Assembly: GCA_963727625.1 (NCBI GenBank)
Contig: CAVSHR010000005.1
Coordinates: forward strand, 512,001-576,000
Length of the DNA stretch: 64,000 bases
Direction of reading: 5' to 3'
From: an uncultured delta proteobacterium
GTDB taxonomy: Bacteria > Desulfobacterota > Binatia > UBA9968
How positions within the stretch are numbered: the first letter of the stretch is position 1; every line of letters begins with the position of its first letter. Below the pieces are notes generated by a model. The model did not search any database. It saw nothing but the letters and a program-made list of their open reading frames with translations, and was not told where the DNA came from. Shown one piece after another: positions 38,425 to 47,380 of this stretch. The translations under genes and the position numbers were made by a program.

Positions 38425-40686
38425 ATGCCCGGTGCACCGGAAAAAGGACGGCTCCAACGGGAGATTTGGGCTGTGGTTCTCGGCCTAACCGCCTTGCTCA
38501 TCGCTCTGAGCCTAATTTCCTACAACGTCAACGATCGTTCGCTAAACACTCCGTCGGGCGCCATCGACACCCATAACTTGGGCGGTTTCGTCGGCGCTTT
38601 GCTAGCGGATTTGCTATTGCAGGGGCTGGGACTCGCTTCCTATCTATTGCCGATTTTTCTTTTCCTCACCGCCGCGCAGATGTTTCGCGCCAATTACCGG
38701 GGCATCGTCCTAAGCAAAGCCGTCGCTTACGTCATCGTACTCCTGAGTGTCGGCGTCATTCTCAGTGTTGCCATCGATTCAGAAAGCGCCCGTGACGCCG
38801 GTGGGATCATCGGCGGTTTCTTGGAAGAAAGCATTCTCCTGCCTCTCTTCGGCCCTCTGAGCTCAGTTTTGATCGCCTGTTTTACCTTGCTTCTTTCGGT
38901 CATGTTGCTGACGCAAAACTCCTTGCTCGACATCATCGGTTTCACCAGCAAGAACCTCGGCGAATTGCGCAAGTCCGTGCTCCCCGCCATCAATCACCGG
39001 CTGCGTGAATTCAAGGAAAAAAAAGAAAAGCGCAAGGGCGAAAATACCAAGAAAGAGAAAAAAGACTATGTACCGCCGCCGATTCTCCTAAAAGAGGAAA
39101 TTAGAGACGAGCTGACATTAAAAAAGTCACAGAAAAAGCCGGCCCAGCCGCCCGAGCAGTTTAAACTTCCAGAAGTGGGCGAGGGCTACAAACTGCCGCC
39201 GCTTGAAAAGCTGGATTGGCCGGGCGGTGAGCAATTCAAGGTGGATACCGACACCTTACAAGCTAACTCTCTCATTTTGCGGAAAAAGCTCGAGGATTTC
39301 GGCGTGGAAGGCGAAGTGGTTGCGGTACGTCCCGGGCCAGTCATCACGATGTATGAGTTCAAGCCCGCACCCGGTGTGAAAGTGCGGCGCATTGTCATGC
39401 TGGCCGACGACCTCGCGATGGCGCTGCGCGCGGTGAGCGTGCGCATCCTGGCGCCGATTCCCGGCGAATCCGTCGTCGGCATCGAAATCCCCAATCCGCG
39501 CCGTGAAACGGTTTATCTGCGCGAAGTGGTCGAAAGCGAAGCGTATCGCAACGCTGATTCCAAGCTGACGCTGGCGCTAGGCAAAGATATTGGCGGCACG
39601 CCGTTCGCTACGGACCTGGCCAAAATGCCGCATCTGCTCGTCGCCGGCGCCACGGGCACCGGAAAATCGGTTTCGATCAATGCGATGATTTTGAGCATCC
39701 TTTACAAATCGAGCCCCCAGGACGTCAAATTCATCATGGTCGATCCCAAAATGCTCGAGCTCACGGTCTACGAGGATATTCCCCACCTGCTGGTTCCGGT
39801 GGTGACCGATCCAAAGAAAGCCGCGGCGGCGCTTTTTTGGGCGATGGACGAAATGGACCGGCGCTATCGTCTAATGAGAGACAAGGGTGTGCGGAATATC
39901 GACAGTTATAACCGGACACTGGAACGGGAAAGCGGTAACCGGAAACCCGTAATCGACTTGACTGAAGCGGAGCCCTTCGAAGAGCCCGGTGCGATCGGCG
40001 GGCCCCTTTCCCAAGACAGTTCAATGGTTCATGAGAAGCTGCCGAAAATCGTCATCATCATCGACGAATTGGCGGATCTGATGATGACCGTCGGACGCGA
40101 CATCGAAGAATATATTACCCGATTGGCGCAAAAAGCCCGAGCCGCGGGCATTCATTTGATTCTCGCCACCCAGCGTCCCTCCGTGGACGTGATCACCGGC
40201 TTGATCAAGGCGAATTTTCCCGCCCGCATCTCATTTCAAGTCGCCTCACGGATCGATTCGCGGACGATCTTGGATTCCATGGGCAGCGAGAAACTCCTGG
40301 GCAACGGCGATTTGTTGTTTTTGCCTCCGGGCACCGCGCGATTGACTCGTGTGCACGGCGCCTTTGTCTCGGATCAAGAAGTCCGCCGGGTGATAGAATT
40401 CATCAAGCAGCAAGGCCGGCCGACTTACCGTCCGGAAGTACTTGAGGCAAAGAAAGAAACCGAGCTGGCCACGGCAGCCGAGGATGAGCACGACGAGATG
40501 TACGATCGAGCCGTCGCCATTGTTACGGAAACCAAGCAGGCGTCCATATCTATGATTCAGCGAAGACTACGGGTAGGATACAATCGAGCCGCGCGAATGA
40601 TCGAGCAGATGGAGCGCGAGGGCGTAGTCGGGCCGGCCGACGGCGCTAGACCGCGGGAAGTTTATGCGCCAAAAATCGAAGCTTAA
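38425..40686 (+). CDS. ftsK: DNA translocase FtsK
   Basis: N-terminal TMs, AGATGTGKS, IIDELADLMM, TQRPS, QRRLRVGYNRAAR gamma domain. Confidence 0.97.
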   Translation: MPGAPEKGRLQREIWAVVLGLTALLIALSLISYNVNDRSLNTPSGAIDTHNLGGFVGALLADLLLQGLGLASYLLPIFLFLTAAQMFRANYRGIVLSKAVAYVIVLLSVGVILSVAIDSESARDAGGIIGGFLEESILLPLFGPLSSVLIACFTLLLSVMLLTQNSLLDIIGFTSKNLGELRKSVLPAINHRLREFKEKKEKRKGENTKKEKKDYVPPPILLKEEIRDELTLKKSQKKPAQPPEQFKLPEVGEGYKLPPLEKLDWPGGEQFKVDTDTLQANSLILRKKLEDFGVEGEVVAVRPGPVITMYEFKPAPGVKVRRIVMLADDLAMALRAVSVRILAPIPGESVVGIEIPNPRRETVYLREVVESEAYRNADSKLTLALGKDIGGTPFATDLAKMPHLLVAGATGTGKSVSINAMILSILYKSSPQDVKFIMVDPKMLELTVYEDIPHLLVPVVTDPKKAAAALFWAMDEMDRRYRLMRDKGVRNIDSYNRTLERESGNRKPVIDLTEAEPFEEPGAIGGPLSQDSSMVHEKLPKIVIIIDELADLMMTVGRDIEEYITRLAQKARAAGIHLILATQRPSVDVITGLIKANFPARISFQVASRIDSRTILDSMGSEKLLGNGDLLFLPPGTARLTRVHGAFVSDQEVRRVIEFIKQQGRPTYRPEVLEAKKETELATAAEDEHDEMYDRAVAIVTETKQASISMIQRRLRVGYNRAARMIEQMEREGVVGPADGARPREVYAPKIEA

Positions 40687-41347
40687 ATCAGCCGCATTGC
40701 TCGGCTGCCTTTTGGCCGCGATCGCGGTGCTCGGCAGCTCCCAAAGGTGCGAGGCGGGGGAAAACAACGCGGCGGAAAACATCATCGACAGTTTGCAGAA
40801 AAACTACGACGCGACGGTGGATTTCGTCGCCGATTTCCGCCAGGAGACGGAACTCAAATCCCTCAATAGAAGCCTCAAAGCCTCTGGTAAGCTATATTTT
40901 AAACGGCCAGGCAAAATGCTCTGGCGCTACGCAGAACCCAAAGATCAGTTTGTGGTCGCCGACGGAAAATACCTTTACTTTTATCAACCGGATCAGAATC
41001 AAGTGATCAAAAGCCCGCTCAAGAATGCCTTTCGCGGTGATATTCCCTTGTCCTTCTTATTGGGACTGGGAAATCTCAAGAAAGATTTTACCGGGATGCT
41101 CAAGGCTAGCACAGAAAATCAGAACGTTCTGCGCCTCGATCCCAAGGGTGAAGCCGGGGGTTACAGCGAAATCCTGCTTGGTGTGAACAAAGCTTCGTCG
41201 GACATCGTTTGGGTGAGCGTGCGAGACGCGGTAGGTAATCTGACAACCTTGCGCTTTTCCAACATGCGCAAAGGAGTGGGGATAAAAGATTCCTTTTTCC
41301 AGGTGCAGATTCCCGACGGCGCCGACATCGTTGAATTGGGTCAATGA
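40664..41347 (+). CDS. lolA: Outer-membrane lipoprotein carrier LolA
   Basis: ADFRQ, FKRPGKMLWRY, VADGK; follows ftsK. Confidence 0.9.
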   Translation: MRQKSKLKSAALLGCLLAAIAVLGSSQRCEAGENNAAENIIDSLQKNYDATVDFVADFRQETELKSLNRSLKASGKLYFKRPGKMLWRYAEPKDQFVVADGKYLYFYQPDQNQVIKSPLKNAFRGDIPLSFLLGLGNLKKDFTGMLKASTENQNVLRLDPKGEAGGYSEILLGVNKASSDIVWVSVRDAVGNLTTLRFSNMRKGVGIKDSFFQVQIPDGADIVELGQ

Positions 41348-42708
41348 AACAAGTGAAACAAAAATTTAGCATTGTAAGTCTCGGTTGCGCGCGCAACTTG
41401 GTGGATTCCGAAGTCATGGCAGGGTTACTGCATCAGAATGGCTATCAGATGGTGGGGGACCCCGCCGATGCGGATGTTGTGCTGGTAAATACCTGCGGAT
41501 TTATCGGTCCGGCCAAGGAGGAGTCGATCGAGACCATTCTTGATGTCTCGCGCCTCAAGGAAGAAGGAAAGATTAAGAAAGTTGTCGTGGCCGGCTGTCT
41601 GTCGCAGCGTTATCCGGAAGATTTAGCCAGGGAGTTGCCCGAAGTCGATCTTTTCATCGGCACCGGCGAAGTACCCCGAATCGCCGAGATCCTGCGCGAG
41701 CTCGGCGCCGGTTCAAAGCGCCGCCAGTACGTCGGCGTCCCGAGCTACATCTACGATCACGATACTCCTCGGCTGCGCACGACCCCGTCCCACAGCGCCT
41801 TTCTCAAAGTCTCCGAAGGCTGCGACCACAAGTGCGCGTTTTGCATCATTCCCCAGCTGCGCGGTCCGCACCGCAGCCGGTCCATTAATTCAGTTATCAA
41901 AGAGACCCTATCGCTGGCGCAAAACGGCGTAAAGGAAATTAACCTCATCGCGCAGGATCTTACCGCCTATGGTCGCGACCGCAAAGACGGCACCACGCTG
42001 CATCGCTTGCTTGAAGCCATGGCGCAGGTCGGCACCATCCACTGGATCCGGCTCTTGTACGCCTATCCCAACTTTCTCGACCAGCCTCTGCTCGAAACGA
42101 TTCGCGACAACGACAAAATCTGCAAGTATTTCGACATTCCTTTTCAACACATCAGTCGATCGGTGCTACAGCGCATGCGCCGCGGTAAGAGTGGCAGCGC
42201 GGTTCGCGAGGCTGTAGAAAAACTCCGCGCGGCTATCCCCGGATTGACCCTGCGAACGTCTTTGGTCGTCGGTTTCCCCGGCGAGACGGGGGCCGATTTT
42301 AACGAACTGCTGGATTTTGTCGAAGAGACCGAGTTCGAGCGGCTCGGCGTCTTTAAGTATTCGACGGAAGAAGGAACGGCGGCAGCGCTGATGACGGGAA
42401 CAGTTGCGGAAGAAGAAAAAGAGCGTCGCTGGCAGGAAATCATGGACGTGCAATCGTCGATCTCGCGAAAAAAGAACGAGGCCTTGATTGGCAGCATTCA
42501 GCGGGTTATCATTGACGGCGTTGATTTGGACTCGGACAAAGTAATAGGCCGCACTCAGGCGCATGCACCGGAGGTCGACGGGGCTGTTTATATCGAAGGC
42601 CTTGAATCTCGCTGCGGATTAACCTGCGCACAAGCCGGCGAAATGACCGATGTTAAAATTATCGGCGCATCCGACTATGACCTGATTGGTGAGAAACTCC
42701 ATGGCTAA
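41344..42708 (+). CDS. rimO: Ribosomal protein S12 methylthiotransferase RimO
   Basis: SLGCARNLVDSE, NTCGFI, EGCDHKCAFC, APEVDG. Confidence 0.95.
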   Translation: MKQVKQKFSIVSLGCARNLVDSEVMAGLLHQNGYQMVGDPADADVVLVNTCGFIGPAKEESIETILDVSRLKEEGKIKKVVVAGCLSQRYPEDLARELPEVDLFIGTGEVPRIAEILRELGAGSKRRQYVGVPSYIYDHDTPRLRTTPSHSAFLKVSEGCDHKCAFCIIPQLRGPHRSRSINSVIKETLSLAQNGVKEINLIAQDLTAYGRDRKDGTTLHRLLEAMAQVGTIHWIRLLYAYPNFLDQPLLETIRDNDKICKYFDIPFQHISRSVLQRMRRGKSGSAVREAVEKLRAAIPGLTLRTSLVVGFPGETGADFNELLDFVEETEFERLGVFKYSTEEGTAAALMTGTVAEEEKERRWQEIMDVQSSISRKKNEALIGSIQRVIIDGVDLDSDKVIGRTQAHAPEVDGAVYIEGLESRCGLTCAQAGEMTDVKIIGASDYDLIGEKLHG

Positions 42709-43159
42709 AGCCGACCCTGAAAAAGAAAAAAAACAGCGACGAGACTTTCTGAAGCAAGCCTCGGAGATGCTCGAGGAAATGAAACGCGGTCTGATGAAAG
42801 AACTGCAGGGCCGCGTCAAGGAAGAAACCGAAGGCATCAAAGACGAAGGCCGGGACACCTATGACCTGGCAAGCGACGAACGAGACCGGGAAATTAACTT
42901 CATCCTAAACGATCGCGAGCGCGAAAAGCTCTTAGCCATCGATGAAGCTTTGCAGCGGATCGCCGACAAGAGTTATGGAATATGCGAGAGCTGCGAAGGT
43001 GAAATCCACCTCGGACGACTAAAAATTCTTCCTTTCACAAGACTATGCGTCAAGTGCCAGGAAGAAAATGAACGCGAGAACAAACGCCAAAAGACCTTAG
43101 AAAACGAACGAAGTTACCGTAAGCTCGACATCAGTGATATCGAAGAAGACGGTTTTTAG
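42701..43159 (+). CDS. dksA: DksA/TraR C4 zinc-finger protein
   Basis: DTYDLA coiled-coil tip, YGICESC...RL...P.TRLCVKC. Confidence 0.85.
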   Translation: MAKADPEKEKKQRRDFLKQASEMLEEMKRGLMKELQGRVKEETEGIKDEGRDTYDLASDERDREINFILNDREREKLLAIDEALQRIADKSYGICESCEGEIHLGRLKILPFTRLCVKCQEENERENKRQKTLENERSYRKLDISDIEEDGF

Positions 43160-43293
43160 TAATTTTCTTTTCTCCCTAATTGAAGATCGACTTTTAACCA
43201 TTTCCCCGATTTAGAGGTTTCCAGGCTCCCCTGGTCGCCAGTGCACTTGCTCTTCGGCGTGGGGTGATCGCTATGTTCATTTGTTGGCGTGAG

Positions 43294-43325
43294 AAAAAAA
43301 TGGGCACGACTTTCATCGTGCCCAT
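43294..43325 (-). terminator. Intrinsic terminator after cassette 1
   Basis: ATGGGCACGA-N6-TCGTGCCCAT running into a T tract on the minus strand. Confidence 0.8.
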
Positions 43326-43357
43326 CAAACTGCTTGATCCTTAGGTACCGAACTAGA

Positions 43358-43711
43358 TTATTCGCCTTTGGCCGGCGTAAACTCGATACTTGACAGGTAA
43401 TTCTTTTCGCCTTTGTTGGTATATTGTACCGACGCGGCCGACCCGAGACCGATGTCGGATATCTTTGCTTTACTTTCTCGAAGTTCCGTAACCTTGGTTT
43501 TCTGCGTGTAATCAAGGGTGACCAATTTGCCTTCCTTGGTAACTACGATCATGTAGTTTTTCTCCGTATCGAGCAGTCCGATATCACCCGAAATCTTCTC
43601 CGCCTTCGCCTTTGCTTTCGCGGCCTTTTTTTCTTGGGCCAACAAAGGGAATGCTCCAAAAGTTACAACCAAGGCTGCCGCGACACCATATCTTTTCAAT
43701 TGTTTCAACAT
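43358..43711 (-). CDS. Small secreted beta-rich protein, paralog A1 (OB-fold/DUF5666-like, inferred)
   Basis: Signal peptide ending LLA-QEK; GDIGLLDTEKNYMIVVTKEGKLVTLDY...DIGLGS...TPAKGE. Confidence 0.85.
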   Translation of the reverse strand: MLKQLKRYGVAAALVVTFGAFPLLAQEKKAAKAKAKAEKISGDIGLLDTEKNYMIVVTKEGKLVTLDYTQKTKVTELRESKAKISDIGLGSAASVQYTNKGEKNYLSSIEFTPAKGE

Positions 43712-43765
43712 TAGCGAATCCCTCCTGCTTTTTAGTCAGTCGTCGTTGAAAAGCCAATAACTCGA

Positions 43766-44182
43766 TTACTCGCCCTTCGCTGGTGTGTACTCAACGTTGG
43801 AAGCAACGTTCTTTTCCCCGGACTTCGAGTAAGCCACGGTTGCCGACGAGCCAAGACCGATATCCGCGACCTTTCCGGGAGTTGGAGTCATCCGTGTGAC
43901 TTTTGATTTGTTATCAAAATCCAACGTTATCAATTTGCCTTCTTTGGTAACCAGAATCATGTAGTTCTTATCGGGATCTAAAAGGCCAACGTCGCCACGC
44001 GCCTTTTCGACCTTGCTCTTTGCGGGTGCAGGAGCCTTCGCTGTAGCTGTTGGTGCCGACAGCGCTTTTGCTGCCGGCACAGGTGCCGACTTTGAAGCCA
44101 TTTCCTCCTGGGTCGAGCAAGCAGACATTACGAACATCATCGAGACCGCTGCGAGACCCGTGACTGAAAAAATGTTTTTCAT
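43766..44182 (-). CDS. Lipoprotein, paralog B1 of the same family
   Basis: Lipobox MSAC, Ala/Pro linker, GDVGLLDPDKNYMILVTKEGKLITLDF...DIGLGS...TPAKGE. Confidence 0.85.
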   Translation of the reverse strand: MKNIFSVTGLAAVSMMFVMSACSTQEEMASKSAPVPAAKALSAPTATAKAPAPAKSKVEKARGDVGLLDPDKNYMILVTKEGKLITLDFDNKSKVTRMTPTPGKVADIGLGSSATVAYSKSGEKNVASNVEYTPAKGE

Positions 44183-44307
44183 ACTACCTCCATCCATTGA
44201 TCGAGTTTGCATTATTTTAGCGACGGTTTTTATCGTGACACCGATGTGTTCTCAATACGCTTTAGGTATGAATTCGACCGCTCATTAGCCGGGAATCAAA
44301 TTTTTAG

Positions 44308-44324
44308 TAAGACCGGAGTCGTAT
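44308..44324. promoter_or_regulatory. Candidate NarL/LuxR-type operator
   Basis: Imperfect palindrome TAAGAC-CGGA-GTCGTAT between divergent B1 and regulator genes; near-copy at 47314-47330. Confidence 0.6.
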
Positions 44325-44424
44325 AAAGACAATTTTAAGCCAATTCAGTGATTTGCATGCGCTTCGAATTGATGTATTTTCACCTGGTGGCCATTATTCA
44401 GAGGTCCTGTGCCGCGAGGTGTCC

Positions 44425-45087
44425 ATGATGCCGATTAAAGTCGTAATCGCCGACGATCACGCGTTGTTCCGCGATGGCCTGCGCAAGATTCTTTCTCTGG
44501 AGAAAGATATCCTTGTGGTGGGGGAAGCCGGTAACGGTGACGAAGTATCGAAATTGGTTGAGAGGCTGAGACCCGATGTGCTGCTTCTCGATTTAAAAAT
44601 GCCCAAGGGCGACGTGGTGCAAAATCTTCTCGATGTCAGCGCGAGAAGTCCGGCCACTCGCGTGATGATCCTTACCGCTTTTTCAGACGAAGAAAACGTG
44701 CTGAACGCGGCCAAAGGCGGCGCCAAAGGCTATGTTCCTAAAGGGGTGCCATCGACGACTTTGTTGCAAGCGATCAAAGCCGTGCACAGCGGCGATTATT
44801 GGATCGACAGGGAGATTCCATCCTGGGAAACTTTTCAAGAAATCGTCCATGCTCAAGCGGGTTCTCGCGAGGCGCCACCACATATCGACGAGAGCGTCAA
44901 AGCGCTCACCAAGAGAGAAATGGAGATCCTGAGACTAGTCGCCGAGGGACTCACCAATGAAGAAATCGGCAAGAAAATATTCATCAGCGAAAAAACCGTA
45001 AAGACACATCTCACCAATATTTTCGACAAACTCAAAGTCAACAATCGCTTCAAGGCTGCTCTGATGCTTATGGGGCAGCATGTTTAA
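44425..45087 (+). CDS. NarL/LuxR family response regulator
   Basis: IADDHALFRDG, LLDLKMP, LTKREMEIL..VAEGLTNEEI...ISEKTVKTHLTNIF. Confidence 0.95.
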   Translation: MMPIKVVIADDHALFRDGLRKILSLEKDILVVGEAGNGDEVSKLVERLRPDVLLLDLKMPKGDVVQNLLDVSARSPATRVMILTAFSDEENVLNAAKGGAKGYVPKGVPSTTLLQAIKAVHSGDYWIDREIPSWETFQEIVHAQAGSREAPPHIDESVKALTKREMEILRLVAEGLTNEEIGKKIFISEKTVKTHLTNIFDKLKVNNRFKAALMLMGQHV

Positions 45088-45160
45088 TAGATGGAGTCGT
45101 TCGAATCGAGACGATAAGGTATAGCAGCGGATTGGTTTGACCCGCCAGTATAAAAGCACG

Positions 45161-46357
45161 ATGATGACAGCGGATAAAATTACCCCGGAGGAAAGTTGGC
45201 TGCTCCGGCGGGAACGCGCCGTGGCCTTGTTGCGGGTGGTGTTTGCAGCCGTCGCTGTCCTAGTCATTCAACTCAATCCCCAACGCGTCGCCCGATTTCC
45301 GGAGTTGTCGTTAGTCTCTCTGATTTCGTTCTTCGTTTACAGCCTCGTCATTCTCTATCTTGCTTGGCGCAATAAGTTAACAACGTCGCCTCTCGGCATT
45401 CTGACAAATTCTCTTGACGTGGTATGGATCGCGGCGATCGTTTTTTCCACAGGGGGATCACGCACGCCGTTCTTCTTTTATTATTCATTTCCGGTGATCA
45501 CCGCGAGCATCCGCTGGGGGCTAAGGGGCAGCTTGCCTGTCGCCCTGGTCGGAGTGGCGCTTTACGGTATCGTCCGTATGACTCTAGCCGGTGAGTCCAT
45601 GGCTTCGCCGCTCGGTGTCGACACACTCGTTGTTCGCAGCCTGTACTTGGTTCTCTTGGCGTGCATCTTCGGATACATCAGTGAATTCGAAAAGAGACAG
45701 ATTCAACGCGTACTCGCTCTTTCTAAAACCGCCGCCCACGCGGCCGCTATCGATGAGCGACGCAGGATAATGTTCGAGCTCCATGACGGGATCTTGCAGT
45801 CGTTGGCGACGCTCATTCTGCGACTCGAAGACTGCGGAAGACGGCTCTCCGACTCGCAAAAAGAATTGGCCCACGAGCTTCACTCGCTCGAAGATGTGAC
45901 CAGAAACTCGATGAAACAGATTCGCCAGTTCCTTTCCGGCCACCAGCCCATGCCCCTGGCAGTAGGAACGCTGATTGAAAAATTACGCGAGGAGGCGCGC
46001 TTTTTACGCGACGGAATGGGCTTGGAGATCATCCTCGAAAGCGAACCGGAGGATCTTGATTTACCTGTGGACACCGAACGAGAAGTCTATTACGTGCTGC
46101 GCGAAGCCTTGACCAACGTCACCCGCCACTCCCACGCATCGAAAGTGGAAATTCATCTCAGGCGCAACAACGGCACCCTGGAAGGGTCGTTAGCCGATAA
46201 TGGCGTTGGGTTTAGCCCGGGAAATATAAGCCACGAAAATGGTTTGGGTCTGCCGGGTATGGAACAGAGGATCAAAAAAGTTGGGGGAGAACTTTCGGTG
46301 AAGTCCTCCCCCGGTCAAGGGACGAATCTTTCCTTTGCAATCTCTCTGGCGGAATAG
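45161..46357 (+). CDS. Multi-TM HisKA_3 sensor histidine kinase (intramembrane-sensing type)
   Basis: About six TMs with short loops, ERRRIMFELHDGILQSL, EALTNVTRHS, DNGVGF, GLGL.GM. Confidence 0.93.
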   Translation: MMTADKITPEESWLLRRERAVALLRVVFAAVAVLVIQLNPQRVARFPELSLVSLISFFVYSLVILYLAWRNKLTTSPLGILTNSLDVVWIAAIVFSTGGSRTPFFFYYSFPVITASIRWGLRGSLPVALVGVALYGIVRMTLAGESMASPLGVDTLVVRSLYLVLLACIFGYISEFEKRQIQRVLALSKTAAHAAAIDERRRIMFELHDGILQSLATLILRLEDCGRRLSDSQKELAHELHSLEDVTRNSMKQIRQFLSGHQPMPLAVGTLIEKLREEARFLRDGMGLEIILESEPEDLDLPVDTEREVYYVLREALTNVTRHSHASKVEIHLRRNNGTLEGSLADNGVGFSPGNISHENGLGLPGMEQRIKKVGGELSVKSSPGQGTNLSFAISLAE

Positions 46358-46482
46358 CCGGGAAAAACGGTTCCCCATGCTTGCCCCCCGAACGGGCCAT
46401 TCCAATCGCGAGAGTTAGCCAGAGCCTGCGCGGTCCAGGGAGCGGGCGTGTGACGGTGGAACCCGCTCCCGGTCCGGTAGGA

Positions 46483-46836
46483 TTAGTCGCGCCCTTTTTT
46501 CGCGATATATTCGATAGCGGTCAGATGATTCTTGTCGCCCTTCTTCGTATACTGAACCGAAGCGGCCGAACCCAGACCGACATCGCTCATCTTTGCTTTG
46601 CCGGGCATCATAGCGGTTACCTTGGTCTTGTTGGTGTAATCGATAGTAACCAACTTTCCCTGTTTGGTTACGATGATCATGTAATTTTTCTCGGTGTCCA
46701 ATAAACCGACGCTACCCGTGACCTTTTGCGCCTTGGCCTTCGCCGCCTTTTTTTGCTGGGCGATTGCCGGCGCTGCGATTAACGCGACCGCAAGCAATGC
46801 TGCTCCGGCAGAGATCAAATACTTTTGGCTATTCAT
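46483..46836 (-). CDS. Small secreted beta-rich protein, paralog A2
   Basis: Signal peptide ending AIA-QQK; GSVGLLDTEKNYMIIVTKQGKLVTIDY...DVGLGS...AKKGRD. Confidence 0.85.
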   Translation of the reverse strand: MNSQKYLISAGAALLAVALIAAPAIAQQKKAAKAKAQKVTGSVGLLDTEKNYMIIVTKQGKLVTIDYTNKTKVTAMMPGKAKMSDVGLGSAASVQYTKKGDKNHLTAIEYIAKKGRD

Positions 46837-46884
46837 TTTCGTTTGCCTCCTAATCATTGTCAACGTAACTTCTCCAGTTGAAAC

Positions 46885-47292
46885 CTAGTCTCTGCCTTTT
46901 TTAGCGTCGTACTGCAATGCGCTCGCGACATTTTTACCGCCCTTTTGGGTGTAGGTCACCGTCGCCGAAGAACCGAGCCCCACATCCGCCATTTTGGCCG
47001 CCTTGGGTGTTCGCTTGGATACCTTGGTTTTTCCGTCGAAGTCCAAGGTGATAAGCTTGCCCTCCTTGGTGACAAGAATCAGGTAGTTCTTCTCCGTATC
47101 GAGAAGACCCACGGAACCGCGCGCTTTTTCAACCTTGGCTTTAGACCGCGCTGGCGCTTTCGCCGTAGCGGCAGGCTTCGGCGCCGACGCTGGAGCCGGC
47201 TTTGCCATCATCTCTTCTTGCGTCGAACAGGCCGACAACACAAAAGCTAGTGCGATTGCCGCGACTCCGCTGACTGATATCGTTTTCTGCAT
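46885..47292 (-). CDS. Lipoprotein, paralog B2
   Basis: Lipobox LSAC, Ala/Pro linker, GSVGLLDTEKNYLILVTKEGKLITLDF...DVGLGS...AKKGRD; strong AGGAGG SD. Confidence 0.85.
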   Translation of the reverse strand: MQKTISVSGVAAIALAFVLSACSTQEEMMAKPAPASAPKPAATAKAPARSKAKVEKARGSVGLLDTEKNYLILVTKEGKLITLDFDGKTKVSKRTPKAAKMADVGLGSSATVTYTQKGGKNVASALQYDAKKGRD

Positions 47293-47312
47293 ATACTCCT
47301 CCTCCTTTTTGT

Positions 47313-47380
47313 TATACGACTTAAGTCTAATCTAATCCTAATGCATAAGTCGTATACTTTACGACATATCGAAATGTCAA
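47313..47380 (-). promoter_or_regulatory. Sigma-70-like promoter of cassette 2 overlapped by operator repeats
   Basis: TTGACA (47380-47375)-N18-TATACG; perfect 11-bp inverted repeat TATACGACTTA (47313-47323)/TAAGTCGTATA (47346-47356); extra TACGAC at 47360. Confidence 0.6.

Noticed and set aside
46438-46470. GGGAGCGGG...CCCGCTCCC hairpin as an intrinsic terminator
   Set aside because: Stem is real but has no U tract on either strand; function unclear
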